Shown: in pieces, positions 39,796 to 52,691 of the stretch | How the letters are laid out: each line of letters opens with the position of its first letter | Numbering within the stretch: the stretch's first letter is position 1 | NCBI RefSeq assembly: GCF_964355755.1 | Contig: NC_092672.1 | Location: 6,324,001 to 6,388,000 of the forward strand | DNA length: 64,000 nt | Direction: 5' to 3' | From: Antedon mediterranea | Lineage: Eukaryota > Animalia > Echinodermata | Program-made: the position numbers and the translations under genes | The notes under the pieces: generated by a model | Databases searched by the model: none | Told to the model about the DNA's origin: nothing | The model's input: only the letters and a program-made list of their open reading frames with translations

Positions 39796-42700
39796 ATGTC
39801 GACCGAGTTAAGTGAACTTCAACAATATATGCTCAATGCATTGCTGGAATCGAATGTAAGTAAAGACGCACTTCTTATGGCAATCTCGAAATATTTCAGA
39901 AGATTTGAGGAAGATTGCATTCCTACCGGAGATTCAAGAGTCACAACAGAGAGTTCAAGAACTGACGTTCGTTCAGAAACTTATCTGGATTTAGATGCCA
40001 GGGAAAATGGAAACGAAAAAAGAGATTGTACGTTTATGACCGAAGAAAAGTTTGAACCGATGGAAGATAAACGGAAAAATGGGAATGTAGATGTGGAAGG
40101 AGAAGATGAGGATGAGGAGGAAGAAGAAGAGGAAGAAGAAGATGATGAAGAGGATGACTACACGTTACCTATCGATTCTCTTAACCACCAAGTGACACTA
40201 AAGGACCAGTTATTAAGGTAGACTTTTAATTTCTTTAACAACATTTTTGGAAAAATAGAATAGTTTACACATTGATTGTAAATGTTCATCTGTTCTTCTT
40301 TACCATCTAATTTCGTATTTGTTTACAACTGGTTTGATTCATACATTCAGTAGTTTAGACACTGTATATTTTATATTTATTTTTAAAAAACAAACTTGTT
40401 TTTAAAGGAGGAGAACAATAGAAGAACCAGTGATTTAACAAATGTAATCTTTAAATTGGTCGATTCTATTAACGTACAAATAACTTGCATTAATGTTTTT
40501 TTACATTCAAATACTAAAATTAATAGTATATTACAGGTATTATTAACATTTAAAAATTTATAGAAGTTACGTGGATATTTTGATTTATGAAATTATTTGA
40601 CATATTACTTTTTTGTAAAATAATTTTTTATTATATAAAATAATTATTATTAAAATAGTTATGATAGATATAATTTAAATTTCACATAAGATGCAACAAA
40701 AGAAAATAAAATAAAAGAAAATAGATACAATAAATCCATCATCATATTGTAATTCGATCAACTTGAATTTGTTTACTTTTCATTCTTTTTGAAACCAAAA
40801 TCATATAGACCTATACCACACACACGAATTGTGTATTTTATGATTAATTTAATAAAGAAACTCAAGTAATTTACTTTGGCGGCCCCATCAAACAAAAGAA
40901 ACAACGAAAGGTTGATACCTGGTGAGTATTTCAGTGGTTTTCTACTCAGAAGTGCAACCAGCCTAGCTAGCTACATCTCTACAAGGCACTTACTGGGATC
41001 AAACTGAAACACACATGGAAAAGAAGCCCAGTATAATAATACTAATTAAGTGACGACAGGTTTTGCCAAACAGCATACCAGTATTTTATAGTGCTATTAT
41101 AGTAAAAACAAGAACAAGAATTCATTGTATAGTTTTGTTGAATAAGAAAGTATAGACCAGCTCCACCCAGAATGCCTAAAATTAATTGTTCATACGCTTA
41201 GAATTATTCATAAACAGTATAACAACCTTTGTAAATTAGCACAAAACGTGGTAATGTTTAGTACAGTATAATATTATTAGAATATCCTAATTTTTTATTA
41301 AAAGCCGATAAGTATCATAACTTTAGAAATAGCTATTTTTAATGAAAATACAAGTTTAACATAATTGTAAATATTATAATAATAGGCCTATAGATGAATG
41401 CCAGATCATTTAATTTTCTTAATTACAGGTCCATAGTTTAATAATTCCTATTTGAAATAACATCTACTAGCTTTATTTAAAAAATAAACACCGTTGTTTT
41501 ATGACGAAAAATGCTGCATTGTGATTGGAAAGAAGTTTATTAGATAGTACTTAGACTCTAGTTATTCCATAACTAGGGTTATGGCCGACTGGGATAAATC
41601 ATCAACTTAGGTTATGGCTTAATTGCTAATAAATAAAAGAAGCATTGGTAAACCATTTGCTAATTTATAACTTTATCTTAAGCTGCAATCAGATAGACTC
41701 TACCTAATTTGCATATTTATATATCGCGTTCGTCAGGACTAGCAGAAATACATTTATATAACCTGATATTAATAATCTATATTTATAAAGTAATTTTCTA
41801 TATATTTCTAAAATAAATGGTGCCATATTGAATAATATTGGAGGAAACAAAACATCAAAATATCTTTTCTTCAATATGGACTTTGGCCAATTCGTCTTGT
41901 TTTTCACATCTGCAGCAATACGCATGTTTAGCTGCTATTCCCACAAAGAATATTCCATTTTTAATATCGGAAATTATTATTTTTTAAATAATAAAATAAA
42001 CCTCCTTTATGTAAAATAGAATGTTAATACTTAATACTAGAATAATTCATTGATTAAGAAAAATAGAGCAATGTCAAATGTGAAATAAATAGGTGATAGG
42101 TAGTTGATTCATTGCATTAAATGTTTAAGTTTTCCTAAAATATAATGAAATATTCTAAGCTGTTTGCATCTGGCTGTTAATCACAACAGTAAATACGAAC
42201 TGTGGACCCGGCTAGGTAATCATAAACCTAAAGTAAACACTTATCCTATCAAACAATAACTTATAACAAAATATATAACGTCCAAAACCAACTTGGTCAC
42301 CTATTAACTATTAACGAAACTTGTTACTTAATTATTAACAATACGGGATTTTGCTGGCGGTGTTTGCGATGAAAACATTAATAGTTACTATTACAATAAT
42401 ATTTATAATAGCTACTGTTTGACAAATTATTATTCGTAAAGGTAAACAAAATAAAAAAGAAATAAATATATGTTACTGACACATTTATTACTAAGTAGCC
42501 TTATTACTACTTGATGATTATTTCTTTTAATGAATTATATAATTTTATATATAGCGACTTTTTCTCATTCTCACAGATTTCCTCATCTGTATCGTTTCAA
42601 ATTAATTAATTAAATTTCTGTATATCACCGGGCGGTTTCGAATTAATGTTCATTGCCTAATGTGTTTATATATATATATTCCTATGAAAAAAATAATAAA

Positions 42701-45700
42701 AATAGTTATTGTTCTTGCACAAGCCATTAACAAATATCATAATTTTTTAAAAAAATTAACCGGACGCCTGTGCGATTTTTTATTTAATTTAACTGTATAG
42801 GTTAAAAAATGCAACTCAATTTTGTTCAAGTCTTTACCAAGATAGTAATGCAATATAGTATTACTTCAATAATAATAATTGCAATAACAATTCTAAATAT
42901 TTGTTTCATAACAATATTGGTCGTCCAGACAAGAGAAGTGGTATGGCGTCGATAAATACTCAAAACCTTTTTTCCTCCGCGTAAATTAAAGTATCATTTC
43001 GAGATTTGCGTCTAACAATATCTCAAACATGATTGAATTAGTGCTTCAAGTCGAATAAGCGGTGTTTAATAATCGCCACACCAGACTATACGTATTCTAT
43101 AAATGCCGCTATAAAGAACGCCTGGTTCCCACTTGAAATTAACTTATACAGTAATTTGACCAATCCCGACGCGATGGATCATCCAAATTCCCCTTGTGAT
43201 TGGTCAACTTATGTTGTTCCTACTAGTATTACCATACGTCGTTGCGTACAAATGGGAACCAAGCTTTGTCTCATGTACCTCATAAATGTGTACAGTATTA
43301 GTATGGTACTTAGCTTACATTTTATTAGAAGACGTTTCAATTCAAGTTAATATGTAATCTTTTGAGATTTTTCACACAAAATTATAGACAGTTTTAATAA
43401 ACTGAAATGTCATCATTTTTTTTATTAATATTTTGAAAATAGTTGGTATTAAGCCTATGCCTTTATTGATTTTCATAACGCGAAGAATCTGCCAAACATC
43501 ATGGTAAAACAAATTCGAGTACTCCTATCTTTTTCAACAAAATAATTTCATTTACTTTCTGGAGTCAATAAAACAATTACAATCACAATCACGATTTCAG
43601 ACATCCTGTTGGTGTGTTACTCAACATCTTGGGTTTCCTCACATGACCAGCAAACGATGTCACCAGATCACCTGGTCACCCAATGACAACTCATATTTAC
43701 TGTTAACAATGTTTAAGAAATGTTTTCCAAGATTCTTTCATAATATTAACTTTTGTCTGTGGCCAGAGGCAAATTGGTATTTAGACTGCTATGTTGATTG
43801 GAATGTAATTAGAAAGAAGCTGTCGAATGGTGTTTCTTAAATACGCTGTCAGAACTTTGAAGATTGAGTCAATGAAAGACAAGTTGTAATCGGCTATCGT
43901 ACTTCGTCAATACATTATTGCTAATTCGTGAAAACACTCTTCACATTAAACTCTTTCTATTATCAATGAATTCCCGCGACTTTGGTGAATCTTTCCTACT
44001 TTTCTCAAAGTTACCATACTCATTCTCCACATTCTTAAATATAAAGATGGATTGTCCCCTAAATAAAATCAGTGTTATTAAAGATACGCCTATTCACATT
44101 CTTATGAAAAAATCGGGCAAAAATAATTCCACTTTTGAAAAACCAAAATAGGCCTAAACGAAAAAAATAACTAAAAGCCATTGTCTGACAGGTAATTTAA
44201 CTATTTTTTTGCTTTAAATGACAGATTTTCTGATAAACTAATTTTCTACTGTTATTCCGATCAAATTTTTTTTGAAAAAAAGTTTTGCCATGAAATATGT
44301 ATCATTTCAGGTGAAATTCTTCGCATAACATTTAATGTTTACAATTCAGTTTAAAACCTAAATTGAAGGAAACGAAATGTTTGTTTGTAAAAAAATAAAT
44401 TCCTTATATAAACTTGTATTTAATGTACAGTATACGATTTTATGATGTTAAACTATTTTTGTAACCAGAGGCAAATTTCTGTATAAATTAAAGTGCTGAT
44501 GGAACAAGTTTTTGAAAAGTCAGTAAACCCATCAACCAATATCAAACTTTCAAAACTATCAACATTTGAGGAGGATGGATGGAACATTAAAAATAATAAC
44601 TATTCAAACAGGGCATTTAAAGATTTTAAAAGTTCAACGTTGATTGCTTATGTCCCTAACCATTACAGATACGCACTTGGAAGATCCGAGTTGCACGTTT
44701 TATTCGACTATCGAGGCATATACGTACCTATGTCTTATATCGTGTCTTTATTTGAATTTACTCATTCAATATAGGTTACAATACATTATTTGAAACCAAA
44801 CTAAATTAATATTATTTTTGTACATTGCTAGGGAGGATCCATGGAGGGTTGCCAAGGTAATCAAACATTATATGCAGCAGCATAACATCCCGCAACGTGA
44901 AGTGGTGGACGTAACAGGACTCAATCAAAGTCACCTGTCGCAACACCTCAACAAAGGTACACCAATGAAGAACTCAAAAAGAGCTATGCTCTACTCCTGG
45001 TATGAACGTAAACAAAAGGAAATACTAACGCGTAAGTTGCACATTTTTGTTAAATAAATCTTGCACTATAATGATGGAGTCGTTGAGTCTTCATCATGAT
45101 TGGAGACAATCCTCAATCCGTTTTCCAGGCCGATTTTAGTAAGTTATCATATCTAGTGACAATAAACAGCCTGTAGTATCGTGTCTGCTGATGACAACTT
45201 ACAATCCGAAAAATCTCATACATTACCTCTGTTGCACCTTTCACACCAAACACCGTGAATAAACTCCGAAACACCGACGTGTAGCGGAATTCTTATTTTA
45301 TTTTATTTTATTTTTATTTTATTTTATTTTATATAAAAGGGTATATAAAAGGGCATATGACCATAAGCATCTTTAAGATAGCAAAATAAAAATTTGCCGT
45401 ATGGTTCACCCTCTACAACTAAAATATCATTGAATATTTGAATTTGTAATTCTTATTTGAACCACTTCAACGTATATCACTATGAGGATACACTCGTTTC
45501 TTTATTTCAGAATTCAGTCGACCACAATCGGCTCCTCTTGAACAAGAAACAGAAAGCCAAATAGCAGTGCACGGGAGAAAAATTAAGCGGAATCGATTTA
45601 AATGGGGGCCAGCATCACAGAGCATTCTTTATCGGGCTTATCAACATAACCGAAACCCAAGCAAAGAGGAACGAGAACAGCTAGTCGCAGAATGTAACTC

Positions 45701-48700
45701 GTAAGTATGTTTGCAATGGACTGTAGTAGGTCATACAGTTAGTATAAGAGTTGTCGACGTAGCTTCTATTTATGCAAAAAAAAAAAAAAAAAACACACCA
45801 AAAAACGCATTTTATTTGTAATAATTTTGTTCAGTTATTTCCTGCTAGATAACTACAATTTTAAGACACCTCAATTAAGGGGACATTTTTCCGTGAACAA
45901 AATTAATATTTTAATACACAGCGAACTCCTAATCAAGGGACGCACTCTCGTTGTTTGCGCTGTTACTATTTTGTTAATGTAAGCCAAAATGATTCTGTTT
46001 TTTTGTGTGTACTGTACCAAAATCCCTGATTAAAAGGACGGATTGTTTTTCTTGTTAGAGCCGAATGCATACAGAGGGGTGTTTGCCCGACGCAGGTTAA
46101 CGGACTGGGTGCGAATCTTGTTACAGAGGTGCGCGTGTATAATTGGTTTGCAAATCGTAGAAAAGAGGAGGCGTTTAAGAACAAACTAGCAATGGAAAGT
46201 GCTCATCAACAAGTGCTAACATACCATCAACAGCAAATACAACCAGGTAAATATCTCATACATACAAACATACAAACATAGTTGTTTTATCATGTTTATA
46301 GTATGCACATTTATGATGGTATCTCTACGCAAAAATTAATTTTGCAGATATCTGAAATAAATACCAAACATCTATCTATCAAAACAAAAACTGAAATAAT
46401 CTAACTCTATTAATCAATCAATCAATCTAAAACGTCAATCAATCAAATATCAATCATTCATCACTGATTTAATAATGTCTATCGAACAACAAAGTTATTT
46501 GATTAGCCAATCAATCAATCAATCAACTCAACAACAAAAGCATTATCGTAACAATAATATTTTTCAATCAAATAATCAACTTTTCACCCAATTATTGTTG
46601 TACCTAATCAATAAACTAATCAACTAATATCGTAACTATTCAATATGAATTTCCAAATCTATCACTTATTCAGATTGATCAATCTCTACTATAATGAATA
46701 GTAATTAACAAAACTATTAATCAGTCAATCAATCAATCCATTAATTGATGATCAATTTATTAATCAATCAATATATGAATCGATATATCAAAATTACAAT
46801 AAATTAAACTAAATAAATCAATCAATCAATAAATCGACTATTAAAAATCAATAAACTGATCAATATCAATCAATATTTCAGCAGGTAGTACGGTAGAATC
46901 GATGTCTCTCGATACGGTGACAGACATGATGGTAGAAAGCAATAATCACCAGGGTACAACCACAGCAATCATACATCCATCAGGGTCAACGAACCTTCTG
47001 ATAGGGGGTAGCCACATAGCCTCGTTATCAAATATGGACACCAGCCATCTTGGGGTCCAACATGACAACCACCAACCAAAGCAACCAATGATCAACTTCC
47101 CGGCTACTCACCAAATGGTTAATGTAAGTATAAATGATTGTTCACACGTCACAAGAGTTAATCATGAATAGAACAACGAGCTGTTCCGAGTCATATCCGA
47201 GTCTTACCCGATTTAAGAGCTCACTTGATCGGTTAACTCTCTTATAACTCCGATATAATGTCCGATCTGTACCACTGATATAACTACGATTTAAGAGCTC
47301 ACTTGATCGGTTAACTCTCTTATAACTCCGATACAATGTCCGATGTACTGTACCACTGATATAACTCTGATTAGTAGCATGTAACGTAACCACACACGTT
47401 TGAACGCAAAACAAGTTCAACCTATTCATTGGGTGTATTTAACTCCGATACAGAAAAGAGTTGTAACCATTAACTTCAGTGACAAGTTAGAGATAGAGTT
47501 GCAACATTTTCACAACACTGTTGTTTTTGTAGTCTCAACTTGTACATTAATGTTAAAACAGAGCGTAAAATAATACTCCATATAATTTTATAATTAAACT
47601 AAACTAAAAATTATATACGTACTAAATACTAGCAACTTGGAAATGTTTATACACGTATAATGTCAAAGTAATAATGGTAAGTTAAAACAGGGTGTAAAAT
47701 AATAATGAAATAAGTTATTCATTTTGTAAATAAACTAAATACTGAACTAGTAATATGGAATATTAATCTAAGTATAGTATTATTAAAGTGTATCAATAAA
47801 CTACATAAAACCATTCTAACTTATTTACTTTATAAATTAATAAGAATTAATTACTAATAATCAAATGGCATCTACAATTTTAATAACACATTTCATTCAT
47901 AGATTATTCATTAATCATATAAATTGCCAATACTTATTAGGACCAACTAATCTCTCTGAATAAATAAATGATCAAAATGCCAAAATTAATGTTTACTTAA
48001 AATTATAAGTGACTTGTCTCTTATAAGCTAATTAACAAAACACTCCACATACAGTCTATACCATATGTGCCATTTAAAATGTTGCTTAAAGGGTCTTTCA
48101 CACCTGTTCCGACACGGTTCCGGTCCGGCGAATCGACCATCAATGTTTCGTTTTCACGACGCTCCACGCGGCTATGCGCCAATCGATATGCGCGTAACCG
48201 CGTGAAAACGAAACATTCACGTTCGATTGGATTTTCCGGCGCCTGACCGGAACCGTGCCGGAACAGGTGTGAAAGACCCTTAACTCAATAAAATAAATAC
48301 ATATGTATAAAAGTGTATTAATTGTTCAAAATAAAAGAATAAATCATAAGTATTTTAAAATGATATGCGAATGTGAATACTACAAACAAACACTGCAGTA
48401 ATTAATTTTTTAATAAACAGATGAATTGTAAATCATTTTGACTTTGTTTATTGAACAGATGTTTAATTAATAAATCATTAATTTTTGTACTAATTATTGA
48501 AGGTGGCACAACCAGCAAATGTGTTGTGCTTCGAGGGCCCACAATATGCTCTGTATATATTAGAAGAGCTCTTGACGGGTCACAAACAACAAACGTTTTT
48601 GGCTCAAAATATTTTTTCAAATCTTTTATTTATTCAAATGTCTGCTAAATATAAACCAAAAAGATATAAAGTGTCTTGTCTACTTTGGGACAAAAAAAAT

Positions 48701-51534
48701 ATGATGAGCCCGTGGACATGATGATGCGATATCACTACCATATTTGGGCATATAACTACCATGTTTGGGCACATCACACTAGTTTGATAGTGTACACAGA
48801 GCTTCAGTTCCCACCTACTAGGAGTAATTTAACCAATCACACACAATTCACTAATTATCACGTTTGCTCTGGATTGCATCATGAGAACCTAACTTTCATG
48901 GTTGACAGACAGTGGAGTTTAATGCTATTAAAGAATGGAATAATTTACCAACTAACATTAAGGAATCACAAACTGTTTGTTGTTTTAAAAGTAAAGTTAA
49001 AAAGTATCTACAGGAACGTAAACTAGCTCTAGAAACTATTTAATAAGCGCTTCTTCTATTTTTGATGTCCTATTGTTGTTTTTTTTAGTAATTTTTATAT
49101 GTTTCATTGTTTGTCTTTTTTGCTGTTCTTTCAAAGGACCTCATTGGAAACAAGTCCGTAGAGGACTTTTATGAGTTATCCTTGGCATCTCCTTTCTTGT
49201 ATTATTCTTGGTTTTTTATATTTGCTATTTTTAATTGTATGTCTGTGATATTTTATGTACTGATGCCGAAATAAATCAAATCAAATCAAATTCAATTCAT
49301 TCTGTTCATCTCAGCATTTAAATGGTTTTTATTGAACAATTTATATTGGGAACATTTTATCTGGTGTTGACAACTATTCTATGAATTTAAATTCCGAAAT
49401 TCATTTCTAAAAAAAGTTTTTTCTTTTCAGACGACAAATAAACTCCCGCCAGTGAGTAGTTTATCAAATTCTTCTTACAATTCTACAACAGCCCAGCTCT
49501 CCCTTCCAAACTTACTCCAGATGCCGAACACACAGATCATGCACCAACCTTCCCATCAGCCCTCTATGAGGAGTCAAGGGCAGACTACCGTTCTGGGACT
49601 TCTAAATGCCTCAAGCCATCATGGCCAGTGTAAGTGATAAAACAGTTAATGCTAATTAAACATTTTAGTTTCACTAATTTGTAATTAAAATAGTTTTTAC
49701 GACCACAAATTTATTTTAAAATCATATGTTTATGTTGTTACAGTCAGACTACTACTATTGAAGTCAAATTTGAAATGACTAGCCTATGCCTTAAATGCAG
49801 ATGTACAAATATGTATAAAGTTCTATTAAACACCTAATTTAAAATAAAAAAAACAAAATATAAAATACACACTGTACTACCTCTACTGGTCATTGTAATT
49901 AACTGCATATTTTAACCAAAGAGTGAAATAGTGTCGTAACAAACAAAAGAGAGAAAAAAATTTTTTTTTCCAAAAAATAGATAACATGCAAATATGATCA
50001 ACCATCATTAATGTTACTTTCTATTGGCACGATGAATTAATTATTAAAATAAATTTTTCTCTGAGCATGGTTCACTGTGCATCTAGTAACTCTCTGCGAC
50101 AGAATAAAGGCACATTACATGTAATGGTAGGCTTTGATGATATATTGTGTATTGTGTGGCACACTGAAACAATTAATTTACTGTATGGTCAACTGTGCCA
50201 ATATCCTCAAATCAAAATATTGACTGCGAAAATGGAAGATACTAATTTAAACAGTAAAGTATATTCTATTCTTTAGCTTTGAGCCAAGCACATCAGATTC
50301 AGCGAATCACAGGAACCAACATGAGTGGTAACAGCATGTTGATGGTGCAACAACTGCAGCAGATCAACGACCAGAGCCAGCCAATCAGAATGGCTCAGCC
50401 AACGCAGCAACACCAATCACAACACCAGACACAGCAACATAGTTTGTGTATGCAACAGAATTTTCTTCAACAACTCCATAATGGTGAATATTAAAACCGT
50501 AAAGCTCTGTCCACACTATCAAACTAGTTCGACAAAAAATGTGGATGTGCCCAAATATGGTAGTGATATGCCCATATATGGGCTGCTGGGCACATTACAT
50601 TTTGTTGTCAAATAAAGTGTAGACAGAGCTTGAAATCATCAAGATGGCAGGACCTTTTCATTGCAATCATTTAACAGATAACAAGCTTGCCAGGGAATGA
50701 CCAACTTTAACAGAGGTTTTCTACAATGTTGGTCTTTATTTGGAGAGGCAGACCATTACCACATAACAATTACATCATTACTGTTGTTTTTTCAGCACTG
50801 AATAACAATCAGACCAAACCGTTGCAACCGGTCAGTCATTTTCAGATTCAACTACCAACTCAGCAGCCCCAGCAGCATATTCCCCAGCAGATAACAAGCT
50901 TGCCAAATAACGTCATGGGGTCTGGCCCACCCCTCACCATGACGACTATGACAACGGTGAATCCAACGCAAATCAGTCAATTACAACAACACATGATGGC
51001 AGCAAAACGAATGGCTAATGGAGAGATTAAGTCAGTCAAAAATACAGGTGAGATTGCTATACAAAAATTCATAACTATGTTAATGAAAAGTTACTATTGT
51101 TGATTTCTTCCTTTGCTTTTATTATTTTTTCCAAGCACACTCTACATTTCAAGAGTTCTTTTCCAAGCTAAAGTTGTCATATCATTTATTCTGATGTTGG
51201 ATTTGGCAACTGCACCTGGGAGAGGCAAAAGTAATAACTGTACTGACATATACTGTACACTGTATTTTACAATCTGTTTTTATTAATTTTATACAGTTAA
51301 TCCGTTTGTTTGGGCTCATACCTATATTTACTGGTACATTATGTACTTTTTAAAATTTGCAGAATAAATATTATTATAGACTGTAACTTCATAATCTGTA
51401 TTTTGACAGGGATGCTTGCAGATCACGCATTAGAGTGCAGGACAGACACAACAGCAATATCACAGTCAGACTCTAAATCCAGAGGAATAAACAACAATAC
51501 AACCATTCACAATAGTTGCTCTATGACATCTTAA
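39796..51534 (+). CDS. HNF1: Hepatocyte nuclear factor 1 (HNF1A/HNF1B-like atypical POU-homeodomain transcription factor), complete, ~674 aa
   Basis: Exons (+): 39796-40217, 44832-45031, 45511-45700, 46059-46246, 46882-47123, 49431-49629, 50277-50483, 50796-51047, 51410-51534 (2025 nt, open frame; alternative in-frame ATG at 39775). Dimerisation helix [27 protein letters not shown]; POU-like domain [46 protein letters not shown]; extended homeodomain [11 protein letters not shown]...ECNSAECIQRG...[20 protein letters not shown]; Q/S/T-rich C-terminus with LPPVSSL and LQPV motifs. The low-complexity 3' exons are less certain than exons 1-4. Confidence 0.95.
43118..43266. mobile_element. Small MITE
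   Basis: TIR ACGCCTGGTTCCCA / TGGGAACCAAGCTT with an internal TTGACCAATC / GATTGGTCAA inverted pair; a related end lies at 25381. Confidence 0.65.
46400..46875. repeat. Degenerate (ATCA)n microsatellite in HNF1 intron 4
   Basis: Dense AATCAATCAATC runs up to the exon-5 acceptor. Confidence 0.8.
47138..47421. repeat. Interspersed repeat with an internal 78-bp duplication
   Basis: CGATTTAAGAGCTCACTTGATCGGTTAACTCTCTTATAACTCCGAT occurs twice; a related inverted copy lies at 51806-52022. Confidence 0.7.
48090..48280. mobile_element. PIF/Harbinger-like palindromic MITE family F
   Basis: TAA|AGGGTCTTTCACACCTGTTCCG ... CGGAACAGGTGTGAAAGACCCT|TAA. Confidence 0.9.
48691..48804. mobile_element. MITE family A, partial
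   Basis: Internal repeats and right TIR AGTTTGATAGTGTACACAGAGCTT. Confidence 0.75.
49045..49291 (+). mobile_element. LINE 3' end (CR1/L2-group-like)
   Basis: T-rich 3'UTR, stem-loop AAGTCC..GGACTT, AATAAA followed by a (TCAAA)n tail. Confidence 0.55.
50500..50631. mobile_element. MITE family A
   Basis: AAGCTCTGTCCACACTATCAAACT ... AGTGTAGACAGAGCTT. Confidence 0.8.
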
Positions 51535-51805
51535 CATGCCAAAAAAACCTTTTCATTATAGATTATAGTTGATTTATACAACTGTGGTGACCAAATGGTT
51601 GACAAAAAGGGAGAGTGCAAAGGAAGTCTTTTGGAAAGGGCTGGGTCAATGCTGGTGACCATTCAGCGACCTTAAGGTCGGTGCTTCCCAACGGATAAGT
51701 TTTATGGAGTACCACTAACAAATTAATATATACAAAAAATACATGATAAAAGCTATGATTACACTCCCTTTCCTTTATCAGAGTTAAATATGGTCAATTT
51801 TTTGT

Positions 51806-52022
51806 GTTAAACTTGTTCTGCGTTCAAAGGTGGTCTAACATTACAACGGATATAACTCTGAAACCTATCGGAGTTAGATCATAAGTAAATCATAGTTTGT
51901 ATCAGAACGCATGCAGTATAAGAAAGTTAACCGATCACACAAGCACATGGTTTTAACTTGGATATGATTCAGATCAGCTTAAATCCATTCTATGCATGAT
52001 TAACTTTTGTGAGTGTGAACAA
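51806..52022. repeat. Inverted copy of the 47138-47421 repeat, in the presumed HNF1 3'UTR
   Basis: GTTAAACTTGTTCTGCGTTCAAA ... TTAACCGATCA ... ATGATTAACTTTTGTGAGTGTGAACAA. Confidence 0.7.
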
Positions 52023-52531
52023 CACTGTTCCAACAATATAACTTCATATAACGAACAGGGTCAGTTTAAAGCTCACATTCTTCTGGTCCAGCATACTTTA
52101 ATTGCAACCAAGAAAGTTCACCATCTTTATACAATTTAGTAGTAGCTATATCACTAGTAGTCCTTTCTCAAAAGTGGTGCTTCATAAAATAGTGTATTGT
52201 GCTATGTTGTAAACAGTGGTAATATTTAGTGCAAATGTGTATATATGTTTGCAGATCCTGTAATTAAGAAGAATTGGTAGCATAAATTAAATGAAATACA
52301 GTTTCTTATCAATATTTAATAATTATGTAAAATCATATTTTAAAATTTAAGTATTAAAGTACAACTGAAAAGGTATGGACTTCAACTCCTTTAAAAATAA
52401 CCTATAAACTCCTATTCTGGAGAAACGATTTGTTACCATTGTGGCTTGTGTATATGGACTGTTAAGAAATGTTGCATTTACTGGGACTAGGCAAAACACC
52501 TAAAACAAGGCTTGGTATTATGCATGGGTGC

Positions 52532-52691
52532 ATGGGGGTGATATCCTGTTAATGGCATACCAGGCCAAAGTGTGTACATGCTGGTGGATGTGTTCTAATG
52601 TCACAAGTGTATGGGAGTGATATCCTGTTAATGGCATACCAGGCCAAAGTGTGTACATGCTGGTGGATGTGTTCTAATGTCACAAGTGTAA
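52532..52691. repeat. Near-perfect 79-bp tandem duplication
   Basis: GTGATATCCTGTTAATGGCATACCAGGCCAAAGTGTGTACATGCTGGTGGATGTGTTCTAATGTCACAAGTGTA x2. Confidence 0.9.
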
